Source of the DNA: Octopus bimaculoides
Taxonomy: Eukaryota
Length of the DNA: 42,805 bases
NCBI RefSeq assembly: GCF_001194135.2
Contig: NC_068994.1
Coordinates: forward strand, 49,787,174-49,829,978
Direction of reading: 5' to 3'
This document shows, one piece after another, positions 21,622-32,124 of this stretch. Every line of letters starts with the position of its first letter. The first letter of the stretch is position 1. The notes below the pieces were generated by a model, which saw only the letters and a program-made list of their open reading frames with translations, was not told where the DNA came from and did not search any database. Position numbers and translations under genes: made by a program.

Positions 21622-22559
21622 CACTAGGTGGTCGTCACGACTAGAACGGGGTCCATTTTAATCGACTAAACCCCGCCTCCTTCACCCTTCACTCCACCCC
21701 ACAGAATTACGGTCTTGTTCCTCTATCATAAATTATTCTTTTCTATTCTAGGCACAAGGTCCGCAACTTTTGTAGGGAGGGGTTCTGTCAGCTCGCCGCC
21801 TTTTTTTGTGATGAATTATTAACCGAATCACAAAAGCGTCGGGCAAAATACTTTACCGTTATTTGCTCGGTTCCGGCTCTTTACGTCACGAGTTCNNNNN
21901 NNNNNNNNNNNNNNNNNNNNNNNNNNNNNNNNNNNNNNNNNNNNNNNNNNNNNNNNNNNNNNNNNNNNNNNNNNNNNNNNNNNNNNNNNNNNNNNNNNNN
22001 NNNNNNNNNNNNNNNNNNNNNNNNNNNNNNNNNNNNNNNNNNNNNNNNNNNNNNNNNNNNNNNNNNNNNNNNNNNNNNNNNNNNNNNNNNNNNNNNNNNN
22101 NNNNNNNNNNNNNNNNNNNNNNNNNNNNNNNNNNNNNNNNNNNNNNNNNNNNNNNNNNNNNNNNNNNNNNNNNNNNNNNNNNNNNNNNNNNNNNNNNNNN
22201 NNNNNNNNNNNNNNNNNNNNNNNNNNNNNNNNNNNNNNNNNNNNNNNNNNNNNNNNNNNNNNNNNNNNNNNNNNNNNNNNNNNNNNNNNNNNNNNNNNNN
22301 NNNNNNNNNNNNNNNGAAAACTGAAACAAGTCCGGTAATCCTTCCTTATTGGTATACGACGTCCCTCAACCGCACAACCTTCCCCTCATAACATTAATGA
22401 AGAGGGTCGGCTAAAGAAATGAATGAATGACGTCGTCCCCTCATGCCAACACTCTGGAGACCAATACCGAACGATCGCCAGAAGTCCCTATAAATGAATG
22501 TGAATGTGTAACTTTGTCTCTGTGTGTGTATATTTGTGTTTGTGGGTGTGTGTATGTGC

Positions 22560-22755
22560 CTTTGTGCCCTCTCCACTTGCTTGTCAACTACTGTTAGTTT
22601 GTTTACCTCCCCGAAACTTAGTGGTTCGGCACAAGAGAAACGATAGAATAAACTACCAGACTTTTTTTTTTTTAAAGTGCTGGGGTCGATTTGATCGACT
22701 AAAAATCCTTCACGGTAGTGCCCCAGTATGGTCACAGAGAATGAAACAAGACAAT
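22560..22755 (+). mobile_element. Family A downstream module plus tail
   Basis: GTTTACCTCCCCGAAACTTAGTGGTTCGGCA...GATAGAATAA...CTGGGGTCGATTTGATCGACTAA...GTGCCCCAGTATGGTCACAG. Confidence 0.75.
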
Positions 22756-22974
22756 GTGTGCGCATGTATTTATGTATGTATGTATAATATTGCATGTGCC
22801 ACGTCCTCGCGTTGTTTTTTTTTTCTTGTGCTTTTTCTTCGTTTTTCGGGGGGGATTAACTATGAGTGTGTGTTTGTATGTATAGTATGTGTGTTTACAG
22901 TGTGGAAAGTAACAATGGGAAAAAATAACAAGGACAAAATATTTTAACGCCCAAAAGGAATAGAAAAAAAATCA

Positions 22975-23010
22975 TGTAACGTTTCGGATGTAAGTTCTTC
23001 ATCAGGGAAC
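22975..23010 (-). ncRNA. Degenerate minimal hammerhead-ribozyme-like motif of the Penelope-like-element type
   Basis: Minus strand GTTCC-CTGATGA-AG-AACTTACAT-CC-GAAAC-GTT. Both core boxes are present with a palindromic ACGT stem III, but stem I does not pair. Confidence 0.35.
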
Positions 23011-24131
23011 GAGGAGAGAACAAGGCAGAAAGAAAAGCTTAACACTTTCCAACGTGACTGAAAAATTTTATTGCACACGCACATCCACATGCCTATTGAT
23101 AGCGGAATGTTTGTTATAATCAGGGTTAATGTTATCAATCAGTCGTTGTTATCTAATTAAAATGTTCGTTCGTCAGCCGGTTATTGTTATCGCTGAGGCT
23201 TCGTCCCAAAGTGCTCTTCAAAACAAGCGCGCGCAGGCCGTACCTTTGCCGTTGTGATGTTACCTACAACCACCACTACCACCACCTCTACGTTACTACT
23301 ACTACTACTACTACTACTATCACCATCATCACCACTACTACTACTGCCGCCACCGCCGCAGCCTGTTTCTGTTGACTAATTCCTGCCCGAATTTTACTCA
23401 CACACTATGCCATCCATCATCGCATGCTTCTTTGCACATGTGAGTGATTGTGTATGCATGTGAACTTATAAGGTGATTGTGTGTGGTGCACCCAACGGAT
23501 ATATGCTGTATAATTGTGTGTATGCATGTGTGTGTGTGAGTGTATATATATGTATATATATATATATATATATATGGATGTATGTGTATGATCTGGCTTT
23601 CGTTATTTATTTCTGTCTTGCGAGTGAAGAGCATCCCTCAAGTACTGCAGTGTTAAAATGATATCATTTATTATGTATGCATAATGTATATGTGGATGTG
23701 GATGTATGCATTGAATACGTTCAACACAAGATGTGTGCATGTGTGTGTGTGTGTGTATGTGTGTGTGTGTGTTTACCTATAAGATTTAGTCTTATAAACG
23801 ATTGCATTCGTATCACTTAACACACGCTCTCTCTCTCTCTCATGATCACACGCACTCACACATGATTATAAGTGGGGTTTTTTGGCGGCAGAGGGGAGGG
23901 GGTTAGTTCCTCACGTGATCCTTATATGACAGTCCATCCATGCTGCGTCTATTCCCTCCCACCCACCAACCATCCTTCATCTATTTCTTTTCTTCGAAGT
24001 CCTTCATGAAATTTGCTTCCGTTATACAACGTGTATAATAAGGTTTACTAATTATTATTTTTTAAAGATTTTTGTCTGACCGACCGTTTACCACTTAAAA
24101 CTATTAAACCACCACCACAACAACAATCGCC

Positions 24132-24165
<34 letters not shown>

Positions 24166-24328
24166 GTGGGGTGGCTTTATTTTTACCCTCACCCCAACCA
24201 ATCAGGCGGAATGAAAGGTAAATTTCAAATTCGGTGCAATTTCGAACCCAGAACGTGAAGATCCAGTTCACAAGCTGCAAGATTTTCTAATTAATATTTT
24301 GCCCGATCTTCTTAACGGTTGTGCTAAC

Positions 24329-24390
24329 CCAACGGCCCTTAAAACAGAGACTAGCGAATCCAACCGCCCTTAAAACAGAAACCAGCGAAA
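24329..24390. repeat. 31-bp tandem duplication
   Basis: CCAACGGCCCTTAAAACAGAGACTAGCGAAT / CCAACCGCCCTTAAAACAGAAACCAGCGAAA, 27/31 identical. Confidence 0.85.
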
Positions 24391-24484
24391 GGACGGGATC
24401 GTAACTGCTGACCTCTCGCGTGTCGGGTGGCCGTTTTAGCGATCGCTGTATGAAGGGGCTATTTGGTTTGAAGATTTCTAAAAT

Positions 24485-24650
24485 AGGCACAGGACCAGAA
24501 ATTTATGGGATGTGAGGAGGGGGCTAGAGAACAGTTGCCGAAATCAACCCTAATACTAGAGAGAGGTACTATAGTATATCGACCCCGGAACGGATGAAGG
24601 ATAAAGTCGGCTTTGGAGGGATTTGAAATCAGATCGTAAAAGATCCGTTA
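24485..24650 (-). mobile_element. Decayed family D SINE
   Basis: GGCACAGGACCAGAAATTT...GGTACT...TATCGACCCCGGAACGGATGAAGGATAAAGTCG...ATTTGAA. Confidence 0.65.
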
Positions 24651-24714
24651 TTTGACCTAAAGGAAACTGGTTATAAGAACTACAGGTGTGTGATTTCGAG
24701 TTGTGTGTGTGTGT

Positions 24715-24790
24715 ATGTTAGAAATAGCAGCCATATGCCTTTCAAGTCACATCTCTCCTAGAAAGAGACATTAGATAATATAGTCTTAGC
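24715..24790 (+). mobile_element. Family C fragment
   Basis: GTTAGAAATAGCAGCCATAT...TCAAGTCACATC...GAGACATTAGATAATATAGTCTT. Confidence 0.6.
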
Positions 24791-25200
24791 TGTATTGTGT
24801 TCAAATGAGTTGAGATGGTCATAACTGAAACGATTTTGATCAGAGAAAGAGAGAGAGAGGGGGNNNNNNNNNNNNNNNNNNNNNNNNNNNNNNNNNNNNN
24901 NNNNNNNNNNNNNNNNNNNNNNNNNNNNNNNNNNNNNNNNNNNNNNNNNNNNNNNNNNNNNNNNNNNNNNNNNNNNNNNNNNNNNNNNNNNNNNNNNNNN
25001 NNNNNNNNNNNNNNNNNNNNNNNNNNNNNNNNNNNNNNNNNNNNNNNNNNNNNNNNNNNNNNNNNNNNNNNNNNNNNNNNNNNNNNNNNNNNNNNNNNNN
25101 NNNNNNNNNNNNNNNNNNNNNNNNNNNNNNNNNNNNNNNNNNNNNNNNNNNNNNNNNNNNNNNNNNNCAAGATTCTTTATGTGAATTCGTGTGTTGAAGC

Positions 25201-25520
25201 ATATTTTATTGTGTCTGGGGAGAGAGCCATTCTGTATTAATGCCTTAGTAATTAACACACGCACCGGTTTGATTTCCACTCATTTGCTTTTCTATCTTTC
25301 CTAAAATTTTCGTTGCTCCTTTTGCAACCTCTTCCGTGGTCGTTCCTTGCTTCCTGCAACCTCTTCAATGATCGGTCAACGACTATTGAAGAGGTTCCAA
25401 GAAGCAACGAAAATTTTAGAAAAATAGACAAATAAGTAAATGAGTGGAAATCAAACCAATGCGTGTGTTAATTAATATGGCATTAAAACAAAATGACTCT
25501 CCCCGGACACAATAGTATAT
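25201..25520. mobile_element. Foldback / long-TIR MITE
   Basis: Arms 25201-25334 and 25388-25520 are reverse complements, with perfect blocks of 20 bp (25266-25285/25438-25457), 17 bp (25301-25317/25403-25419) and 15 bp (25249-25263/25460-25474). Confidence 0.85.
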
Positions 25521-25899
25521 ATATTTATTTATTTATGTATGTATATATATTTACGTGTGTATGTATGTATGTATATTTACGTGTATATGTATGTATGTAT
25601 AATCATGTTTATGTGCGCGTTCATGTGTGCTGGTTGGCTGCTTGCTTTCCTTAAGATGACAAAAATGGGTTTGTTTACAACATTCCCACCCTGGGTCTGT
25701 ATTTCATTTGGGTGTAATCCTCGCCAACTCCATCTGGTGTTGTTTAAAAGTCACGGGATTATCACATGCCGACAGTGAGGACCCGAAAATTAAAATACGA
25801 AACACAACAAAGGAACCTAGCTCTGTATTATGTTGTTATTTTTTTTTTATGCATTTAAATTTTCGTTTACCGTTTTAGTTCTTGAATTCTTACGTGTGT

Positions 25900-26016
25900 G
25901 TGTGCCCTGGTAAACTGTAGACTTGGGTTCAATTCTGCTGTGTTGTACCATTGGCAAGTATGTATAGCTCCGAGCCAACCAGATCTTGAATGGATTTGGT
26001 AGACGAAAGAAGTCTG

Positions 26017-26081
<65 letters not shown>
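25900..26081 (+). mobile_element. Decayed family A SINE running into (CA)n
   Basis: GGGTTCAATTCTGCTG...CATTGGCAAG...TGGATTTGGTAGACGAAAGAAGTCTGTCGTA-(CA)n. Confidence 0.6.
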
Positions 26082-26820
26082 NNNNNNNNNNNNNNNNNNN
26101 NNNNNNNNNNNNNNNNNNNNNNNNNNNNNNNNNNNNNNNNNNNNNNNNNNNNNNNNNNNNNNNNNNNNNNNNNNNNNNNNNNNNNNNNNNNNNNNNNNNN
26201 NNNNNNNNNNNNNNNNNNNNNNNNNNNNNNNNNNNNNNNNNNNNNNNNNNNNNNNNNNNNNNNNNNNNNNNNNNNNNNNNNNNNNNNNNNNNNNNNNNNN
26301 NNNNNNNNNNNNNNNNNNNNNNNNNNNNNNNNNNNNNNNNNNNNNNNNNNNNNNNNNNNNNNNNNNNNNNNNNNNNNNNNNNNNNNNNNNNNNNNNNNNN
26401 NNNNNNNNNNNNNNNNNNNNNNNNNNNNNNNNNNNNNNNNNNNNNNNNNNNNNNNNNNNNNNNNNNNNNNNNNNNNNNNNNNNNNNNNNNNNNNNNNNNN
26501 NNNNNNNNNNNNNNNNNNNNNNNNNNNNNNNNNNNNNNNNNNNNNNNNNNNNNNNNNNNNNNNNNNNNNNNNNNNNNNNNNNNNNNNNNNNNNNNNNNNN
26601 NNNNNNNNNNNNNNNNNNNNNNNNNNNNNNNNNNNNNNNNNNNNNNNNNNNNNNNNNNNNNNNNNNNNNNNNNNNNNNNNNNNNNNNNNNNNNNNNNNNN
26701 NNNNNNNTATATATATCGTCATGTGTGGGTTGATCAAATGGTGACAGCTACAAGTTGCTTTAAGGTCTGATTGTTTTCCTTTCATGTTATTTCTCTGTTG
26801 TCAACGCCAGTTAAACTACC

Positions 26821-27125
26821 TGTTTAGCCCCGGGTCAGCTTTCGGACCGAGCGCAATTAGGATCATATGTATTCTATCTGTGACCATACTGCTTTTATTT
26901 ATTTATTTTTTTTCGGTGTTGGAGCTTTGGGGGATCAGCAATGGTGTATCTAGGATTACATTATTCAGCGTGCCGTTTCCTTCCTCTATTCTGGGACCTA
27001 AGCCTTAGATAGTCCTACAGTCCTAGATTTTAAGACTACTTCATTCATTACCCACTGTGCCCTAATTTGATATTGATTTGGCTACCATTTCTAGCAAGCC
27101 GATCGACTACATGAGTGTTCCTTCA
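26821..27125 (-). mobile_element. Family C short element
   Basis: TGTTTAGCCCCGGGTCAGC...CTGTGACCAT...CTAGGATTACATTATTCA...GATTTGGCTACCATTTCTAGCAAGCCGATCGACTACATG. Confidence 0.7.
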
Positions 27126-27160
27126 TTAACTTGGTACATAATAAATTAAATTAAACCGTC

Positions 27161-27388
27161 GTTGTTTTTTAACCCCATTCACGCCAGATCTGAACGAGCG
27201 AACCTCTACGATCAAATGTATTCTACACGTGATCAACACGTCTTTTTGTCCCTTATGCATTGGGGGGACCCGGAACCACGTTATTCAACTAGTCCTTTTT
27301 TTCTAAGACAGTGGGATGTTGATTGAAGGGGGTGGAAAGATTTGGCTATTATTTCTAGCGACCACATAAAGAAGCCCTCTCGCTGGCT
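27161..27388 (-). mobile_element. Family C short element, tandem with the previous copy
   Basis: GTTGTTTTTTAACCCC...ACGATCAAATG...TAAGACAGTGGGATG...GATTTGGCTATTATTTCTAGCGACCACATAAAGAAGCCCTCTCGCTGG. Confidence 0.7.
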
Positions 27389-27569
27389 TGTGAAAATATT
27401 AGTGATGGTTTGTGGTGATTGAGTGGTATCAATGTTGGTATGGTGGTTGTAGTAGCAATAGTAGTAGTAGTAGTAGTAGTGTTGAAGTAGTAGAGGTGTG
27501 TGTTGCGGCGGTGGCTCGTCTTAGCGTTTTTGTTGATGTTTTTAATCACCCTCTATAATTATGGCTAAC

Positions 27570-27774
27570 CTATATGATTAAGTGATCGTCGATATTCCTT
27601 CCATGGCCATCCAGTCGTATTTTTTCTTCACATCTATTCAGTTAAGGTCCATATCGAATGATGTTTTTTGTTATAAATTTTAGTCTGTTAGGGTGTGTGT
27701 TTTAAGGAAAATTTGACTGCTATTTCTAGCAGGTCGAGCGGCCGGCTACGTAGTTAGTCGCTCGACCTGTTAGA
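27570..27774 (-). mobile_element. Family C element ending in a head-to-head palindromic junction
   Basis: AGGGTGTGTGTTTTAAGGAAAATTTGACTGCTATTTCTAGCAGGTCGAGCG...CGCTCGACCTGTTAGA. Confidence 0.65.
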
Positions 27775-28440
27775 GTAGTGGTGGTGGTGGTGGTGGTGGT
27801 GGTGGAGGTGGTGGTTGGAGTTGTAGTGCTAGCATACTTGTTTGCAAAGGCAATATTCATGTCGATTGTCATATTGGTAGCGGTGTTAGTGCGAAGTGGT
27901 AGTCGTTGCAGAGGTGTTGACAGTAGTATATATGCCATTAGTGCACATAGCAGTCGTAGTAGTGGTGATGGTGGTGGNNNNNNNNNNNNNNNNNNNNNNN
28001 NNNNNNNNNNNNNNNNNNNNNNNNNNNNNNNNNNNGCAGGTCGAGCGGCCGGCTACGTAGTTAGTCGCTCGACCTGTTAGAGTAGTGGTGGTGGTGGTGG
28101 TGTCAGTGGTTTGTAAGTGTTGCCGTTGCTGCCGTGCTTGTGTTGTTTTTCGTTGGCCTTCAGGGGTGGTTGATACTGTTTTGTAGAGGGGAGGGGGGGG
28201 CGTTGGTGTTGGTGGTGACGGTAGCGTGGGTATTTTGTGGTACTGCTGTCTCTGCTGCTGTTGCTGCTGCTGCTGTTGTTGTGTGTAGTATGCGTTCGCA
28301 TTCTGATCTGCATTTCATGCACACCCTAATTTTCATCGCTTTCTCCACTCTCTGTGTGTGTGTGTAGATACATACATACATACATACATGCATATATACA
28401 TACATGCATATATACATACATGCATATATACATACGTACA

Positions 28441-28607
28441 TACAGGCGTGGTTGTGTGGTAAGAAGCCTGCTTCCCAACCACATCGTTCCAGGTTCGGTG
28501 TCACTGTGTGACAATTTGGGAAAATGTCTTCTGCTATAGCCTCGGGCCGCCCAAAGCCTTGGGAGTGAATTTTGATCCCCGAAAACCGAAAGAAGCCCAT
28601 CGTATAC

Positions 28608-28699
<92 letters not shown>

Positions 28700-29110
28700 A
28701 CACACATATATGTACATACTTACATCTACATGTGTATATAGATGCATATCAGGGTTATATATATATCTATGGGTATATGGGTGTGTGTTTTTGTGTTTGA
28801 GTTTGTCCCCACCACCACAGCTTGATAACCGGTGTTCGTGTGTTTCCGTCCTCGTAACTTAACGGTTCGGCAAGAAGAGAGATAGAATAAGCACAAGGAT
28901 GTGTATTTGTGTTCGTCCTTCCCCATCGCAGCTTGGCAACTGGTGTTGGTGTGTTTACGTCCCCGTAAATTAGCGGTTCGGTTAAAGAGATCGGTACAAT
29001 GAGTACCAGGTTTTAAAAAAAGAAGCAATGAGGTCAATTCATTCGTCTAAATATTCTTCAAGGCGGTGCCCCAGCATGGCCGCAGACATTGACTGAAACA
29101 AGTTAAAGAT
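28441..29110 (+). mobile_element. Family A composite SINE with expanded internal (TA)n and duplicated downstream module
   Basis: CAGGCGTGGTTGTGTGGTAAGAAGCCTGCTTCCCAACCAC head, GAAGCCCATCGTA-(TACA)n(TA)n, two copies of GCTTG..AAC.GGTGTT.GTGTGTTT.CGTCC.CGTAA.TTA.CGGTTCGG, then the tail. Confidence 0.85.
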
Positions 29111-29703
29111 TCACACACACACACATAACTATATTTAACTCGCTCGGGTGCTTTCGAACTGGGGAAAACCTTTCGCTGTAGATATAGCCACCCGGAGAAA
29201 GTTATATATTTTGACATTCCTTTATGAGTTCTAGTCCTAAGCTTGTGGCCATGCTGGGGCATCGCCATTTAAAATTAATGAATCGACCGCGACGAGACAC
29301 GAACTTGCAATCTAATGATTCGAAGTCGTGTGTGTGTCTATGCTATTCCCTTCGAGTGTGTATATGTACATATATATATATATATATATATATAACAATG
29401 AAACACAGTAGGAACTGCTTATTGTGATCACTTCAAAGCGGAACCTGTTCGATAACAATAAGCGGTGGACGACACTGAGTGGAGGCAATAAGAATATGAG
29501 TTTAGAATTAGGATCCACTAAATTTTGATAGCAGTAACCGTTTGACAACACTGTCCTTGATCATAATAAACGGCTCCCTATGTATTTAGGTCAGGATTGT
29601 TAAATAGGCGATCTGTTGCATGTTTTGCGTGCGTGTGTGCATGATTATATTAGTCGCGAGTGCGTGTTGTCTGTGCGTACGTGTGTGTTTGTGAATGTGC
29701 GTA

Positions 29704-29736
<33 letters not shown>

Positions 29737-30257
29737 NNNNNNNNNNNNNNNNNNNNNNNNNNNNNNNNNNNNNNNNNNNNNNNNNNNNNNNNNNNNNNNN
29801 NNNNNNNNNNNNNNNNNNNNNNNNNNNNNNNNNNNNNNNNNNNNNNNNNNNNNNNNNNNNNNNNNNNNNNNNNNNNNNNNNNNNNNNNNNNNNNNNNNNN
29901 NNNNNNNNNNNNNNNNNNNNNNNNNNNNNNNNNNNNNNNNNNNNNNNNNNNNNNNNNNNNNNNNNNNNNNNNNNNNNNNNNNNNNNNNNNNNNNNNNNNN
30001 NNNNNNNNNNNNNNNNNNNNNNNNNNNNNNNNNNNNNNNNNNNNNNNNNNNNNNNNNNNNNNNNNNNNNNNNNNNNNNNNNNNNNNNNNNNNNNNNNNNN
30101 NNNCCGAAAAAAGAACAGTAATAATAATAACAGAAAAAGATAAACCCTAGCATATTACAAAGGACTGAAAACGTGACTTCTCTATTGGGGTTCTACCACT
30201 TGGGACCAATCAAAGAACTCCCTACTCATCTGGGAATAATCATTCGTTCACTGCTTT

Positions 30258-30269
30258 TTATTATTATTA

Positions 30270-30319
<50 letters not shown>

Positions 30320-30341
30320 ATTATCATTATTGTTATTATTA

Positions 30342-30396
<55 letters not shown>

Positions 30397-30613
30397 CATC
30401 ATTATTATTACTGTTATTATTACTGTTATCATTATTATTATTATTATTCAGTAGTTTTATTTTTATAACGTGCTTTCACTTCACTACCGAGCGCAGCTCT
30501 GTGCGCCTTGGGTATATGTGCTGTGGTTTGCTGTGGTGCTCTTATGTTTACTGTATTGAAAGTGTTTTGCGTAGGATGTGTGCAGTACCCAGTAGTGCAA
30601 TTTTCTGTATGTT
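30258..30613 (-). mobile_element. 3' end of an RLE-type (R4/Dong/Hero-like) non-LTR retrotransposon with (TAA)n tail
   Basis: Minus strand 30610-30548 reads IQKIALLGTAHILRKTLSIQ*, resembling the C-terminal QK..LLGT..ILR motif I recall for RLE-clade ORFs. About 95 nt of 3' UTR follows, then about 190 nt of imperfect (TAA)n. The clade assignment is from memory. Confidence 0.7.
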
Positions 30614-31186
30614 AAAGATGAAAGTATAAAGCGGACGATATCAGCGGGGTTCGAACTCAAAAGCATACGACGACGATGATGATGACGATGACGATGATGA
30701 TGATGGTAGTGGTGGTGGTGGTGGTGACAACAGCATAAACAAGAGGGTGTGATGAGAAGGAGCGACAGTGGTTCATGGAGGACGCAAGTGTGAAAGGGGC
30801 CCCACTGCAAAATTCGACCACCCCCCACTGGCCCGTGTACGTTAGGTGGAAATTAAGGGCGTCCAAAAAGTTTTTGCTCCCTAGTCACCCCCACACCACC
30901 TCCATCGTTCATTCCACCATCCCGAGCGCATAAAACCGTGGTAGTGGTGTCGTTGTTGTTGTTGTTGTTGTTGGTGGTGGTGGTGAGGAGGAGGGAGAAG
31001 GAGAGAATGAAGACGAATAAAAGTCTTCCTCATCTTAGCTATGATTTCTGGTCTGGCCTTGTTGGTCTGGCGATCGGTTTTGTGTCCGTCACAAACACCG
31101 TTAAGCTACGAGAGTCCGTCCTTGTCTATCGTGGTCTGTCGTGGCCGAGTTTCGTTGGATTTGAACTCCAGTATTATTCTTCTGTG

Positions 31187-31475
31187 GGAGGCGCATGGCC
31201 TGGTGGTTAATAACATTGCGACTCACGATCGCTAGATCAACGGTTTCGATTCCCAGACCGGGCGGCGCGCGTCGTGTTGTGTTGTGGTTCTTGAGCAAAG
31301 CATTTCCATTTCAGGTCGCTCCTGTTCCATCAGCTGTAAATGGGTTGGGTAACCTTTGATAGGAACAGTCAGGGGTGGTGGAATGTTTGACCTGCTGTCG
31401 CCCTATCCAGCGCGGCTGCATCGTTTGAAAGCTAAAACAAAGTGTAGCGTATTGTGACCAGCGATCGTGTTACCG
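31187..31475 (+). mobile_element. Family E (CORE-like) SINE, different tail from the 19269 copy
   Basis: GGAGGCGCATGGCCTGGTGGTTA A-box-like, GGTTTCGATTCC B-box-like, TTCTTGAGCAAAGCATTT...CAGCTGTAAATGGG. Confidence 0.7.
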
Positions 31476-31776
31476 TAATTATTTCTCAACTCTTCCAATA
31501 GCACACACATACACACACACAAAAAACACCCAATGCACCTCACTCACCCATTACAGGAGCAAAAACTAACTTATGCCGCGACTACCATTAAACAATGTGT
31601 GATATATAATATGGTCTATGGTAGTATTTCTTCGACTCTTTTTAACGTTTTAAGTTCAAATCCCTCTGTAGTCAGGTTAGCTTTGCCTTTCGTTTTGGGT
31701 GTCGATTAAAACAATCGACAGACTCCTTTTTCCCCTTCAGATTTCAGACTTTGTATATATATGCGAACCCTTAGTG

Positions 31777-31951
31777 CAGTCGTGGGCAAACTGCGGCCCG
31801 CGGGACTTGCTGAATGGCAACGCTTAATATGTCACGAGGAAAATAACGTTTATTAAAATTACTTTGAAGTTTTCTAGTAGTGCGGCCCACCTGACGAGGA
31901 ACCATGTTTCTCTCATGCGGCCCGCTTCTCCTAAAATGTTGCCCATGCATG
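31777..31951. mobile_element. hAT-type MITE, 175 bp
   Basis: TIRs CAGTCGTGGGCAA / TTGCCCATGCATG (10/13); 8-bp TSD CCTTAGTG / TCTTAGTG (7/8); three internal GCGGCCC motifs. Confidence 0.8.
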
Positions 31952-31992
31952 TCTTAGTGGTTAATAAAGAAAAACGTTATGGTATTATTCCT

Positions 31993-32124
31993 AAAGCGGC
32001 GAGCTGGCCGTGTCGTTAGCACGTCGGGCGAGATGCTTTACGTTCTGGGGTTCAAATTCCGCTATGATCGATTATGCTTTTTTTTTATACCTTTGGGGTC
32101 GATAAATTAAGTACTAGTGAAACA
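31993..32124 (+). mobile_element. Family D SINE with internal deletion, truncated by a gap
   Basis: AAAGCGGCGAGCTGGC...GGGTTCAAATTCCGC...GGGGTCGATAAATTAAGTACTAG. Confidence 0.8.
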
